Assembly (NCBI RefSeq): GCF_000372725.1
Contig: NW_005202237.1
Coordinates: 62,001-126,000, forward strand
Origin: Emiliania huxleyi CCMP1516
Taxonomy: Eukaryota
Length of the DNA: 64,000 nucleotides
Reading direction: 5' to 3'
The translations under genes and the position numbers were made by a program. The stretch's first letter is position 1; each line of letters starts with the position of its first letter. Positions 23,870 through 34,877 of this stretch are shown here, piece after piece. The notes beneath the pieces were generated by a model. The model saw nothing but the letters and a program-made list of their open reading frames with translations. It was not told the origin of the DNA and searched no databases.

Positions 23870-25299
23870 TCAGAGTAGCACGACCCGCCCCTCGTCGATG
23901 AGCCTGCGGATGCCGCGCTGCGGACAGGGTAGGGGAAGGGGGTTGTAAGATCCTCTGCCCGAGGGAGTTCGGGCCGGGCATGCGCGTGCGCGTGCGGGGT
24001 GTGCGTGTGTGCGCGCTCTCGCCTGCTCCGCGAGCCAGTCGTGGAGGAGGGCGCCTGCGCACGCGAGCGGCGGGAGGAGGGGGGGGTGCAGAGCTCTCGT
24101 CTCGCCGGCGGCGGGCAGATGAGGTGCGGGGAGAGCGGGCGGCTGTGCGTCCACCTGCCGCGTTGACCTGGAGATGGATCCGCTGCTCCTTGTAGTAGTG
24201 GAGCTCCTCGCCCGAGTCGAAGCCGTCGAAGCCCGCAAGGTGCACCACGCAGCCGCTCTCGAGCAGCTTGGTCAGCATGACGAAGCCGGTGGTTGGCACC
24301 TGCGCGGGGCGGGCGGGTGCAGGAAGAGGGTGCACGAAGGGTGCACGAAGGGTCAAGGACGGCGGCAGGACGGCGGCAGGGCAGGCGGCAGGGCAGGCGG
24401 CAGGGCAGGCGGCAGGAGAGGCTGGCCTGGTGCAGCCTCAGTCCGAGGTAGCGGTGCGCTGCCCAGTACGTGCTCGCAGACCAGGTGCAGCTCCGCGGGG
24501 CGGGAAGCATGGGGAGGAGGTAGCCAGGGACGAAGAAGAGCGGGGCGAGGACGACGTGGTTCCTGCCGCCACCACACACCTCTGGTCAGCGCGTCCTGCC
24601 TTTGTGGCGGCCGGCGGGCAGGGCTCTTCACCAAGCGTAGCAGACCGGCACCGAGGGCGAGCGGCGCGAGATGTCGACGCCGCCGACGTGGTAGGGCTGC
24701 AGCATGTGGCACCAGAGCGAGGTTTTGCTCCCCGTGTGCTCCTCGAGCCCCTTGGTCACGAACGAGTTGAAGCGCACCACCGTGTCAAAGGCGTCGATCT
24801 GCCCGCCGAGGTGCCGCTTCCGGATCGACGGGCCGTTGCCCACGAGCAGCACCCTCCCCATCGGCTCGCAGCGGCTCGGCACGGGCAGCATGCCCGCCTC
24901 GCCCGAGCCCGCGGACGACTTGCAGCAGCTCCTCCCCAGCCCACCAACCGCGGGCGGGAGCGGCGTCGCGGCGGCGGCGGCGGCGCTGAGCGGCGGTCGC
25001 GCTCCGAGCCGGCAAAAGGTGCCGGCGCGCCAGCAGAGGACGGCGAGCCACGCCGCGCCGAGCGGCGGCAGCTCAAACAGCAGCAGGCCGAGAAGCGCCG
25101 CGAATATCAGCCACGCCAAGTAGGCATAGTAGGTCAGCGTGCTAAAGGCCCAAAAGACGCCGCACTGGCCCGTGAGCCGCTGCAGGATGGGCACCCAGAG
25201 CGGGATGGTCAGGCTGACGAGGACGTAGAGGCTGACGAGGACCCAGAGCGTGCTCAGAGGATCGGACACCAGAGGATCGGTCGTCACCGCGAGCAGCAT
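23870..25299 (-). CDS. GT29 sialyltransferase-like protein with N-terminal TM segments (spliced)
   Basis: Sialylmotif L VLLVGNGPS...IDAFDTVVRFN...GSKT, motif S PTTGF...HLAGFD, motif III LHYY, VS-like HDWLAE. Confidence 0.8.
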
Positions 25300-25353
25300 C
25301 GGGCCGATGCCGCTGCGCGAGAAAAGATGTCCGCGAAGAAACGCCCTCGCTCA

Positions 25354-25764
25354 CAGGTGGCGTTTATTTTTGCTTGGGGCGGACATCATGATGAAATTCT
25401 GGAAAAACCTGACCGGCCCCTGCGGTGCCCCTACCTACCTACCTACCTACCTACCTTACTTATGGGAAACTAAAAAAGAAATCACTCGATGGGTGAAGGT
25501 GGGGTACTATACCAACTAAAGTGATGGCTGGTGGTACTCTCCTGCACCCACAGTCCTTCCTGTGACATGGCAGGCCACTATCAAGCCCTACAAGCACCAG
25601 ATCACCCACTTGGGGAGGGTTGACGTCGTGATTTCCGCGGAAAATTTCTTTTTCTGCTGTGAAAATTCCGGCGTGAAGAGAGGGAAAACCCCGACGGGAG
25701 GGCCCAGACCCTACCTACCTACCCCGTCATGATGTCCGCCCCAAGCAAAAATAAACGCCACCTG
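25354..25764. mobile_element. MITE, 411 bp, 38-bp perfect TIR, 7-bp TSD
   Basis: TIR CAGGTGGCGTTTATTTTTGCTTGGGGCGGACATCATGA (25354-25391; reverse complement at 25727-25764). TCGCTCA on both flanks. Confidence 0.9.
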
Positions 25765-25805
25765 TCGCTCACATGACAAAAGAGCTTGTTCTTGACGTCG
25801 TTGAC

Positions 25806-25807
<2 letters not shown>

Positions 25808-25885
<78 letters not shown>
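25808..25885. repeat. (GA)n microsatellite
   Basis: Seen directly. Confidence 0.95.
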
Positions 25886-25889
<4 letters not shown>

Positions 25890-25966
25890 GAGCACTCGAA
25901 GGAGCGAAGAAAAAGAAAAGCGAATCCCTCGCCGCCGCCCTCGGCGCGGCCCGGAACGAGTGGACC

Positions 25967-26630
25967 ATGCGACGGGCCCGACTTCCCCTCCTAGCCTTTT
26001 CCGGCTGCGGCCCCGGCGTTGCTGCCGAGTCCGTGCGTGCGGTGCACTCAACTCGCTCGCCCTTCTGCCGGCCTGGCCACTTCCTCGGCGCGTCCACGGC
26101 GCGAGCTCCCTCCTCGACGAGCTCGCTTCGCACCGCGAAGCGCTCCTCCGCCGCGTTGAGCTCGCACACCGGTGTCTCCCTGACCGCCCGCCCGCTGCTG
26201 TGTCCGGGCGTGCGCGGCTTCGCTTCGCCGTCCGAGGAGCCGAAGAAGGAGCCGTCGCGGTGGGAGAAGATAAAGGCGACCTTTAGAGAGCACGGCCCGG
26301 TCTTTGTCGGCTTCTACGCCGTCACCTGGCTCGGCGGGTTTGGCGTGTGCTGGACGGGCGTGACAATCGCAGGCGTCGATGGCGTCGCCCTCCTTCAATA
26401 CTTGGGTGTGTCTGTGCGCGATGCCGGCCACTCGCGCCAACCCCTCTGAGCTTGCCTCGCCCTCCTCTCCAGGCGCGGACAACGTGTTTGACACCAGCGC
26501 CCTGTCACCAACGCTGGTCAACGCCCTCATCGCGGCGGAGATAAACGAGCTGGGAGAGTTTGTTCGACTGCCTCTCGTGATCGCCACGACGCCCGCACTG
26601 AGTCGGCGACTCAAGGCGCTTCGAATATAG
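25967..26630 (+). CDS. FAM210/DUF1279-like mitochondrial membrane protein
   Basis: R/S-rich presequence, KIKATFREHGPVFVGFY, EFVRLPLVIATTP. One intron at ~26407-26472. Confidence 0.7.
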
Positions 26631-27606
26631 ACGGTGCGCGCTCGAGGGCAGGGCAGCTCGCAGCGCGGTTTTGTGCCCGATTGTGCCCCGACTAGGGCGC
26701 TCGGCGTGCTTTTGTCGCCGGTGTGCGGGATATAAGATTTTCAGAGACCCAAAATAGTTGTCGCTCCAACGAGGGCCGCGACGGGCGCACACGGCTCACG
26801 AGCGGGAGGGAGCGGAGACAGTGGGCAGCGAGCGAAGTGGGTGAGACTGATGATGCTCCTTCGACTTAGGGAGCGGTTCCGCTGCTGGGCGAGCTTCAGG
26901 GTGGTGCTCACGCGAAAAGGAATCGACGCGATGTACAAAGCATACAAGGAGAGGAGAAAGAAGGGCCGAGCGTTTTTGATCTCTCGGTAAGTGGGCGCCC
27001 GCCCGCCGCCTCTGAGGGGGTCGGGCCCCCTAGACTGAAAACAAAAACAAGCTCGAAAACAGCCAAAATCAGCCTGCGAGAGAGGCACTGCGCGCCGCTG
27101 ACCTCATGTGGGGATGTGTGCCGACACCAATACTGATCTAAAACCTGGAAACCCTTGTTCAAATCCGACCCTAAGCGCCATCCTTCCTGCTCTCACCTGA
27201 TGCTGCTTCCCCGCGCCGCCTCCTTGGGCCCCCCTGGGCGTATTTTCTACTCCCAGGGGGGGGCCTGGGCCCCCGGGCCCCCTCTTGTTTTCTGTTTTCT
27301 GTTTTTCAACACAGAGGAGCGGCGGGCGCAGCAGACTCGATTGGGAGGCCGCGCTCGGCGTGTTCGACAAGCCAGTCCGCCATGGCGGGAGGGCACTACC
27401 GCGGCCACAGTGGTGGGAAAGCGGCAGGCTCGGGCTACTGGGTGGTGGAGCCTCTGCCACCTGGGGCGGCAAAAAGTCACCAGTTGGACACCATTCAAAG
27501 CCTGGCGGAAGCTGCTGCTGACGAGTCGGATGGGCAGGAGGAGCCGCGAGAGGAGGGACATGGCTGCGCCACGAGAGGGGGCCACGCTGGACGGAACAGC
27601 TCATCT

Positions 27607-29736
27607 ATGGCCGCGATTCTAGACGCCAGCGGCGGCATGAGTGGCGCGGAGCTCCGCGCCTCTCTTCGGTGGGTCCGGTCGAGGTTGGACCGCAAGCTTG
27701 GCGAGTCGATGATGGCGTGGGCCTCCGACGGCGGAGCGGACGAGAACGACGCGACGGCCGACGAGGTGGCATCCGATGCCACGGTAGAGGGCGGGGAGGA
27801 GTTGGACGAGGAGGACGTGGAAGAGGCGGGTGCTGGGTTTGAGGAGCAGATCCGTCGGCTCGAGGACAGCCAGGAGCGCGGCGAGCCTCCGCTCGCATTG
27901 CACCCTCACCACGACCCTGCGACTGCGGGCGCCATCTCCCACGCGCGATCTGCGGCCCGGCTCGACCACGGAGCGACCAGCCAGGAGTTAGTGCGCCTAC
28001 GCGACGAGCTCGCGGAAGCGTTGCGCGACGGTCTAGCCCTGGAGGCGCGCTCCAAGGCTGCTGAGGCGGCTCTCCACGCTGTCGAGGAGGCGAGGGCCGC
28101 CCAGGCTGCGGCGGCAGAGCTGGCTCATCAAGAGGCGGCTGATGCGACCGCGCGAGCCGAGGAGGCGGAGGCGGGACGAGAGGCGGCGCTAGAGGCGGCG
28201 GACGGCGCGCTAGCGACGGCGACGGCGGCCGCCAGGGAGGCGGAAGAAGCGGCGGCTGCCCGGGTTGCGGCGGCCGCCACGGCTACAGCTAGCAACGCTG
28301 AACTGTTCGCCGCGCTGGAGAGAGCCGAGGCAGCAGAGGCGGCAGAGTTCGAGACTGCCGCTCTGCTCGCAGATGAGCGTGAGGAGACCGCCCGACTTGC
28401 CTCAGCACTGGCCCTCTCGGAGGCACGGTGCGGAGCGGCAGAGGCGGCGATGGCGCAGACCTCGCAGGCAGACACGGAGCGGGAGGCGGTGCTCGCGGAT
28501 CTGGAGGCGGCACGCGCCGAGCTGGAGAGTGCGGAGACGGCTCTAGAATCGGCGCGAACAGAAGGCATTGCCTCGGCAACGGCGGCAGCCACTCGGGAGG
28601 GGACGCTGCAGAGTGAGCTAGAGGCTCTCCGAGGTAGCCTGGCTCAGGCGGAGGCGTTAGCCGCGGCTCGGCACGACGAGATGGTCTCGCTCGAGGCGCG
28701 CGTCGAGTCCGCATCCGCTGAGGTGGAGTCGGCACGTGCGGCAAACGCCGAATGCGAGGAGCGGGCCACGGCTGCTTCGAAGGCGTTGGGCACTGCTCGC
28801 GCAGCCGAGGAGGCTGCGCGGGAAGCGGCGGCGACAGCGCGGCGCGAGCTTGAGAGTCTGGAGGCGGATCGAGCTCGTTTTGCGGCTGACGCAGTCAAGC
28901 TGCGGGACACTGCTGCTGAGCTGTCGTGCCGCGCTGAGTCGGCGGAAAGCCGTGCCGAGGCAGCCGAGAGCCGCGCTGATGCAGCCGAGAGCCGCGCCGA
29001 GGCGGCTGAGAATGCGCGCCTCGCAGCCGAGGCCGAGGCCGAGGGGCAGAGGGGCCACGTGGTGCGGCTTGAGAAAGAGGTTGCCGCGGCGGCGGAGACG
29101 GCGGCTTCGGAGGTCGCGGCATCGCGTGCGGCCCAGTGCAAGGCTGACGAGGCGACCGCGCAGCTCGCGGTGCTTCAAGCGAAGGCTGACTCGCTGGCGG
29201 CGAAGGCGGACTCGTTGGCCGCGGATGCCGCCGTGGCGAGGAAGGAGCGCGACTCGCACGCCGCTGAGGCGGGCAGAGCCGCGACGGCAAGCGAGGAGGT
29301 GCGGGCAACGTGTGCCCGAGCGGAGGGCCGCGCGGCGGACCTCGAGGCAGCAGTCAGCACGCTCGAGGGCGAGGTTGCCGCTCTCGAGGCTCGGCAGCAT
29401 GGCCTCGGTTCGCAGCTCGAGATGGCAGGCGAGCTGGCGCGCGTCGAGGAGGAGAAGCGGCGCGTGGCGGAAGAGGAACTCGAGCTGCTGCGGGCGCGCG
29501 TGGCTCACGAGGAGGAGAAGCGGGCCAGGGCCGAGGCAGAGCGGCTGGCCAAGGAGGCCGAGCTTGCTGCGGTCCGCGCACGGCCCGCCTCGGGGAAGTC
29601 ACGCGTCGAGAAAGCTGCAATTGTGCCTCAGCAATTCCGACCGTCGGGGCTCGGGGCGGCACCAGCGCCGGCGCGAGGCCCGACAGCCCCGCCGCGCCGT
29701 GCAGTTTCGGCACAGCCAGGTGCAAGAAAACGGTAG
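27607..29736 (+). CDS. Long Ala/Glu-rich coiled-coil protein
   Basis: More than 700 codons open with heptad-like composition. Start uncertain. Confidence 0.65.
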   Translation: MAAILDASGGMSGAELRASLRWVRSRLDRKLGESMMAWASDGGADENDATADEVASDATVEGGEELDEEDVEEAGAGFEEQIRRLEDSQERGEPPLALHPHHDPATAGAISHARSAARLDHGATSQELVRLRDELAEALRDGLALEARSKAAEAALHAVEEARAAQAAAAELAHQEAADATARAEEAEAGREAALEAADGALATATAAAREAEEAAAARVAAAATATASNAELFAALERAEAAEAAEFETAALLADEREETARLASALALSEARCGAAEAAMAQTSQADTEREAVLADLEAARAELESAETALESARTEGIASATAAATREGTLQSELEALRGSLAQAEALAAARHDEMVSLEARVESASAEVESARAANAECEERATAASKALGTARAAEEAAREAAATARRELESLEADRARFAADAVKLRDTAAELSCRAESAESRAEAAESRADAAESRAEAAENARLAAEAEAEGQRGHVVRLEKEVAAAAETAASEVAASRAAQCKADEATAQLAVLQAKADSLAAKADSLAADAAVARKERDSHAAEAGRAATASEEVRATCARAEGRAADLEAAVSTLEGEVAALEARQHGLGSQLEMAGELARVEEEKRRVAEEELELLRARVAHEEEKRARAEAERLAKEAELAAVRARPASGKSRVEKAAIVPQQFRPSGLGAAPAPARGPTAPPRRAVSAQPGARKR

Positions 29737-30487
29737 ACGTCCAGCTGCATGGCGGTCGGGTCTGGAGGTGATGAGTTTTCTTGGGCCGGGTGTTGCGTTA
29801 GAGTAAGGTTACGCCGGAGCTGTACTCGTGTGGCTGTGTTTCTCAATTTGTGTGTTCTCGAATGTCGAGATACATTTGTGCTAGGTGATACAGCGCCGCC
29901 CGCGGGCGTCGCGGTGTGCGTCACCGCTACCGGTCAGTGCGTGCCACCCACACGACCAGCGTGCGCGTCGTGCTCGGACTGCTGTGAGTCAGTCTCTGCT
30001 CGCGTGGTGTCGGCCGGCGGGGCAACCATCGTGTCCGCCGGGCGGCGCCGGGGCGCGGGGGGCGTGCGCGCGTGGGCAGTCCAGACCGGGCTGTGTGCAC
30101 CGGCGTGGGCGTCTGTACTGTATCATAATAAAAGCGCGAAGCCCCCCGTTCCGTCGCAGTCGCTAGTGGCAAGAGCGCACACACCTCTCTGCTCCCACGC
30201 CTGGCGCGCACGCCTCAGGACCTCAAGCGCAAAGCCACTCTCAGTGGGTGGCTGTGCGTGCGGCTGCACACGCTACGCCATCCCATGTCTCGACGTGCGC
30301 GCCGGATCCTGCTAGTAGATTGCCTTGTTCTGCCTTCGAGTTCGGCCTCATTCATCGGTCGGCGAGTGAGGGTCACATGCCTCCCGGCGCCGCCGCAAGC
30401 CTTCCTCCTGGCCTGAAGCATGTTGTGACCCGCCCGGCGCAACGGCTGCCTCGCCGTCGAGGGCACCCTCGGATTCGTCCTCAAAGC

Positions 30488-31934
30488 TCACCTACAGAGG
30501 CCCAACCGCTCCGACTCCACCCAACCGAACGTGAGCTCGCCGCAGCTGGTGGGTGCCCTCACCGGCGTGCTGGTGCTCTCGTCGCCGCGCCCCTCGCGGA
30601 AGACGCCGCCGTCCTCGCCCTCGCCCTCCTCGCCCTCGCCGTACTCCTCGCCGTACTCCTCGCCGTACTCCTCGCCGTACTCCTCGCCGTACTCCTCGCC
30701 GTCCTTGTCCGCCTCGTCCAGCCTGTCCTCCTCTCCCTCCTCCTCTTGCCCTCGCCACACCTCCCTCGGCATCTCACGCAGCGAACCGCCGCCACCGCCG
30801 GCCGTGCCGCGCAGCCGCACCCGCCTAAAGGACATGTGATGGACGTATCATGGGCATGTCGGGCGCGTGTGCGTGCCCCACGCAACCCTAGACGTGCCGG
30901 CGCGACCATGCCGAGCGAGAGCTGGAGAAGCCGCGCCGCGCAGAGTGCAGCCCGCCTCCCAGCCCGCCTCCCAGCCCACGGCCGAGCCCGCCGCCGAGCC
31001 CACCGCCTCCGAGCCCACCGCCTCCGAGCCCAGCGCCTCCGAGCCCATCGCCTCCGAGCCCACCGTAGGCCATCTCCGCCATCAAATCGCCGCCGCCGCC
31101 CATCCCACCCATCCCGCGGCTGTTCTTGAAGAAAAAGTAGAGGAGCGCCGCCCCGAGCATCAGCGGCATCATCACTGAGCGCACCGAGCCGAAGAGGCCG
31201 CTCCCTCGCTGCGCCTGCCGCCGGAGCTCCTTCGCTGCCACGAGGCAGCCGCTGTCGAGCGACCTGCGGACGTGGCGTGTGCTGCGGTGAGGGGGCTGGC
31301 CTCCGCTCCACTCGCCGGCACTGTGGAGGCCACACCCTTTGCCGATCGCTCCCGACAGCTTCTTGGTGATCCGCCGCGCCTAGCAAGCTTCCGAGCACCT
31401 TCAGGCGCCACGCCCCCCTCCCGCCAGCAGCGAGTGGCGTGCCTGGGAGCGGCCGATGCGGCGAGAGACGCGCGAGCCTGTCCACAGGTCGGCCTTGGCT
31501 GCCGAGACGGCCACCACCAACACCGCAGTGTTGTCGACCAGCCGCCGGTTGCGCCGGTTGGCCGCCTCAGCCTCTCGGCTCCCCGGACTCCCCTTCTCCA
31601 CACTGACCTGCGGCCACCACTTCTTGGCGACGCCACGCCCGAGGTCACGAAGCTTGGTCCCTTCTGGCATGGACGAGAGGAGGACCATATAGCAGCGTGT
31701 GCCGGAGGTGGCGTTGACCAGGCTGAGGTTTCCGTTGAGCAGCTTGACCGTCTCCGGCTGCAAGAGCCGGTCCGGGTCTGCTACCCACGCACCGTCATCA
31801 GGCAGCTCGGGCAGGCGCGCCACGGCCTCAGCCGCACACGAGCCGTCCGACTCGGAGCAGGTCTGGCCCGCGGCGCGCCCGATAATGAGCAGGAGCAGTG
31901 GAAATTGAGCTGGAAATGGGAGAGGCAAGCCCAT
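30488..31934 (-). CDS. TPM (TLP18.3/Psb32/MOLO-1) domain membrane protein with Gly-rich and acidic tail (spliced)
   Basis: Signal peptide, WVADPDRLL...CYMVLLSS...AVLVVAVS, then a TM (LMLGAALLYFFF) and G-rich repeats. Confidence 0.6.
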
Positions 31935-32963
31935 CAGGCACGACCGGCACGACCCTGGGCGGCTTCTTTGGCCAACTACTACAGATATACTCGAGCAGTG
32001 CTATACGAAAGTGTGAACAGGTTGGAGAACAGCTCCTGAGCACGGCGCCACAGGCGCCTGTTGATAGGTCCAGGTGATAGCCCTGGATGGGCAATGCATA
32101 CGCCTAGTTGGGCCTCAGATCGCCCGACCGCGTCCCGGTGCTCTGTGGTCGGATTTGTGACGCCACCGCACCGCGCCGCGGCCGGGGGCCCGCCGGAGGA
32201 CGAGGATGGCCGTGGCGGACCGGGACGAGCTCTGAGAGGTAAGGTGTCAGTGAGTATATTGTAGAGACTGACCATGTGCACAATATCTCTCAGTCTAAGC
32301 TAAGCCAGGGGAGGCGATGCTGGGGCCGTACATCAGCTTGATGGTGCTTCGCCGGCGTGCGTCCCGGAGCGGTGCCGGACGGGCGGTCCGTGGGAGGAAA
32401 ACTCAGGACAGTGCCGACGCCGGGTCGCCGCTCTGATTCGACTTTTTACTTCAAACAAAGACAGTCGCACGCGCCGCAGTGCCGGTGCGTGCGACTGTCA
32501 GGAGCGGACCCGTCACTTACTTGTGTTCACGCCGGCATCGTGTCCTGACCAACCTGCCCAGACTTTAGGCTTGGACAGTAGGCAGAAGAATTTTACAACC
32601 GACCTCCCTCGCACGACACTGGGCACGGGGGACTGGCGTGCCAGTAGGCACAATGTGAATGGCTTCACCGATACCAAAGCCGTCCTCCCACCCATCCCTT
32701 GGGTGTCTGTTTTCTTTCTTTCTTTTTACCGCGTTGGTGTCCAGTCCGAGCCACGCACTAAAGAGGCATCTCTCCCTCAGCCGGTGAGAGCGGTGTGCCG
32801 GCGTCTGCGGACTTTAATCTTTTATCTCTTCACTCGTCTCTTGCGCTTGACCTTGAGAGGAATCTCTTGGTGCGTGCTCAGTTTTACATCCAACGTGAGA
32901 AGCTCTTTGGTATGACTTTAAGGCGATTCAGACACTCGCCCTGCAGCGTCGGGTCGCTCAACG

Positions 32964-33578
32964 TCACTCAGACCTCGCCGCCTTCGCGGGCGGCGGCAGC
33001 TCGGCCCCGTGAGCGACCAGGTGCTCCTGCAGCTTGACGAGCGCGCGGTAGCGATGTGAGATCTTGTTCTTCTCCGCCTTGTCCATCTCCGCGTACGTCT
33101 CGCTATAGCCCTCCGGCTGGAACACCGGATCCCACCCAAAGTCGGTCGGACCGCGCGCCGGCACAATCTGGCCCGGCGTCCGCCCATCAAACGTGATGGG
33201 AGTCTGGCCGGGACCGGCGGAGAAGCCGAATATGCACTGTGCGTACGCACTCTTGTCCGGGTACGCTGCGAGCAGGTTGTTGAGACCCTCGTGCCCCGTC
33301 TTCTCCAGAAACCACTTGATGTAGGGGCCGGGCAGCCCGCCGAGGGCGTTGAAGCAGAGCGACGTGTCCTCGACAAAGACGGGCCCGCCAACCTGCTCCG
33401 CGGCGAGCCTGCACTTCTCGCTGGAAATCTCCTCCGGCTCGCCCTGCAGCTCCGGCAGATCGAGCTTCTGGCTGACGATCCGGACTGGGAGCGCGTCGCC
33501 ACCGAGGATCGCGCGCACCTCCTCAAGCTTCTTCGCGTTTCCCGTCACGAAAGTGACGACAGGCCGGCTGGCGCTCAT
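32964..33578 (-). CDS. ITPA: Inosine triphosphate pyrophosphatase (HAM1 family)
   Basis: [39 protein letters not shown]. Confidence 0.97.
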   Translation of the reverse strand: MSASRPVVTFVTGNAKKLEEVRAILGGDALPVRIVSQKLDLPELQGEPEEISSEKCRLAAEQVGGPVFVEDTSLCFNALGGLPGPYIKWFLEKTGHEGLNNLLAAYPDKSAYAQCIFGFSAGPGQTPITFDGRTPGQIVPARGPTDFGWDPVFQPEGYSETYAEMDKAEKNKISHRYRALVKLQEHLVAHGAELPPPAKAARSE

Positions 33579-33769
33579 GGTCAGGGACGCTAGGGAGCGG
33601 TGTGCGAAGCCGAAAAAGAAGAAAATGGGCCCGACGAGGAGATGGATGGAGAGTGGCGTGGTGGGCTACAGCCTGGCGCGCGCACTGGCTCACACAGGGC
33701 GAAGTAAGAATTCACCCTAACCTGTGACATCACAGTAAGAAATTACGCGGCGGACACACACTCCTCTCC

Positions 33770-34190
33770 TTAAATCCTCCCATCCCTGCCTTGGGTTGTC
33801 TGCTTTCTTTCTTTCTTTCTTTTCCTTAATTCCCTGTGTGGTGGCGGCGTGTCGTCCTCCCATCCCTCCCTTGCCGTCTCTGTTTTCTTTCTTTGTTTTT
33901 GGTCCTCCCATCCCTCCGAATGGTTTTTTGTTTCCTTTCTTTCTATCCTGTGTCGAGCCTGTGTGCTGTGAGAGAGAGTTCTTTTGTTTAAATTCTTTCT
34001 ATCACGGAAAAGAAAGAAAGAAAACAGACACTGCCCGTAACCCGATACCGATCATCCGGCCCGCTGGGTGCGCTTCTCAGCTCCCCGGCCCTGGGATGTG
34101 AGGTTACCGACTGCACTCCAAGTGCTCCAAGACGACCCAAGGGAGGGATGGGAGGACGGCACGCCGCCACCACACAGGGATTTTAAGGCA
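33770..34190. mobile_element. Cluster of nested and opposed retroposon 3' ends
   Basis: CCCTGTGTGGTGGCGGCGTG.CGTCCTCCCATCCCTCC on + at ~33832 and on - at ~34141-34180. Several GTCTG.(TTTC)n tails. A family E segment at ~34030-34130 is shared with ~43870-43975. Confidence 0.6.
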
Positions 34191-34877
34191 CGACACGCCG
34201 TCCGTGGACAGTTGGTCTTTATACGCTTTTCTCGCCGAGTACTATCTATATTCTTTTTGCGTATTCTTTCCGTAATTCTTGTCCAAAATAGGGTCTATAT
34301 TCTCGTATATGGCAAGAATATGGCTCCAAATAGGGCCTAGCTCGACCCCACGATAGCCTCCGAAGGCTGACTTTGAGAGAGTTTGTTTTCTGACTTTGCG
34401 GCACCATCATCGGACGATGTCGACGAGTTGGGTCGCTCTCGCGGTAGCCAGATGACCTCTCATACTGGTAGTATCGGCCATATGGCCGCAGGGAGCGCGG
34501 GGGAGGGCGCTGGAAGCAACACGGAGCTCCGTTGGAGACGTTTTCAAGATTAGCGTGTCAGAGTGAAATGGCACTAGCCAATACCAGAAATAATGTATGT
34601 ACTTTATATGACAGGAGAAAAGACGGCCACTTGTTGTGTGTTGTGGTGGTGGCGCGACTGATCTCGGGGATGGATCGCTCACTTTGTTTATTTATTCATA
34701 GTACGACTTCGGTCGTGCCGGCTGGCTGGGCGCCTGCGTGCGGCCACAGAGAGAGCAAGCACGGACTGAGTGCGGCGGGGCGCGGCGACGGTCCAGCAGA
34801 GCACCTGCACACTTAGTTCGCGTCCGTCCACTGCGGACACTCTCAGGACACGTGCGAGAGCAAGGTCAGAGCGCGCA

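Noticed and set aside
33824..34188. MITE/piggyBac defined by a ~50-bp inverted repeat
   Set aside because: The repeat is the R1 3'-end motif that occurs singly elsewhere, there is no clear TSD, and two opposed retroposon ends explain it better.
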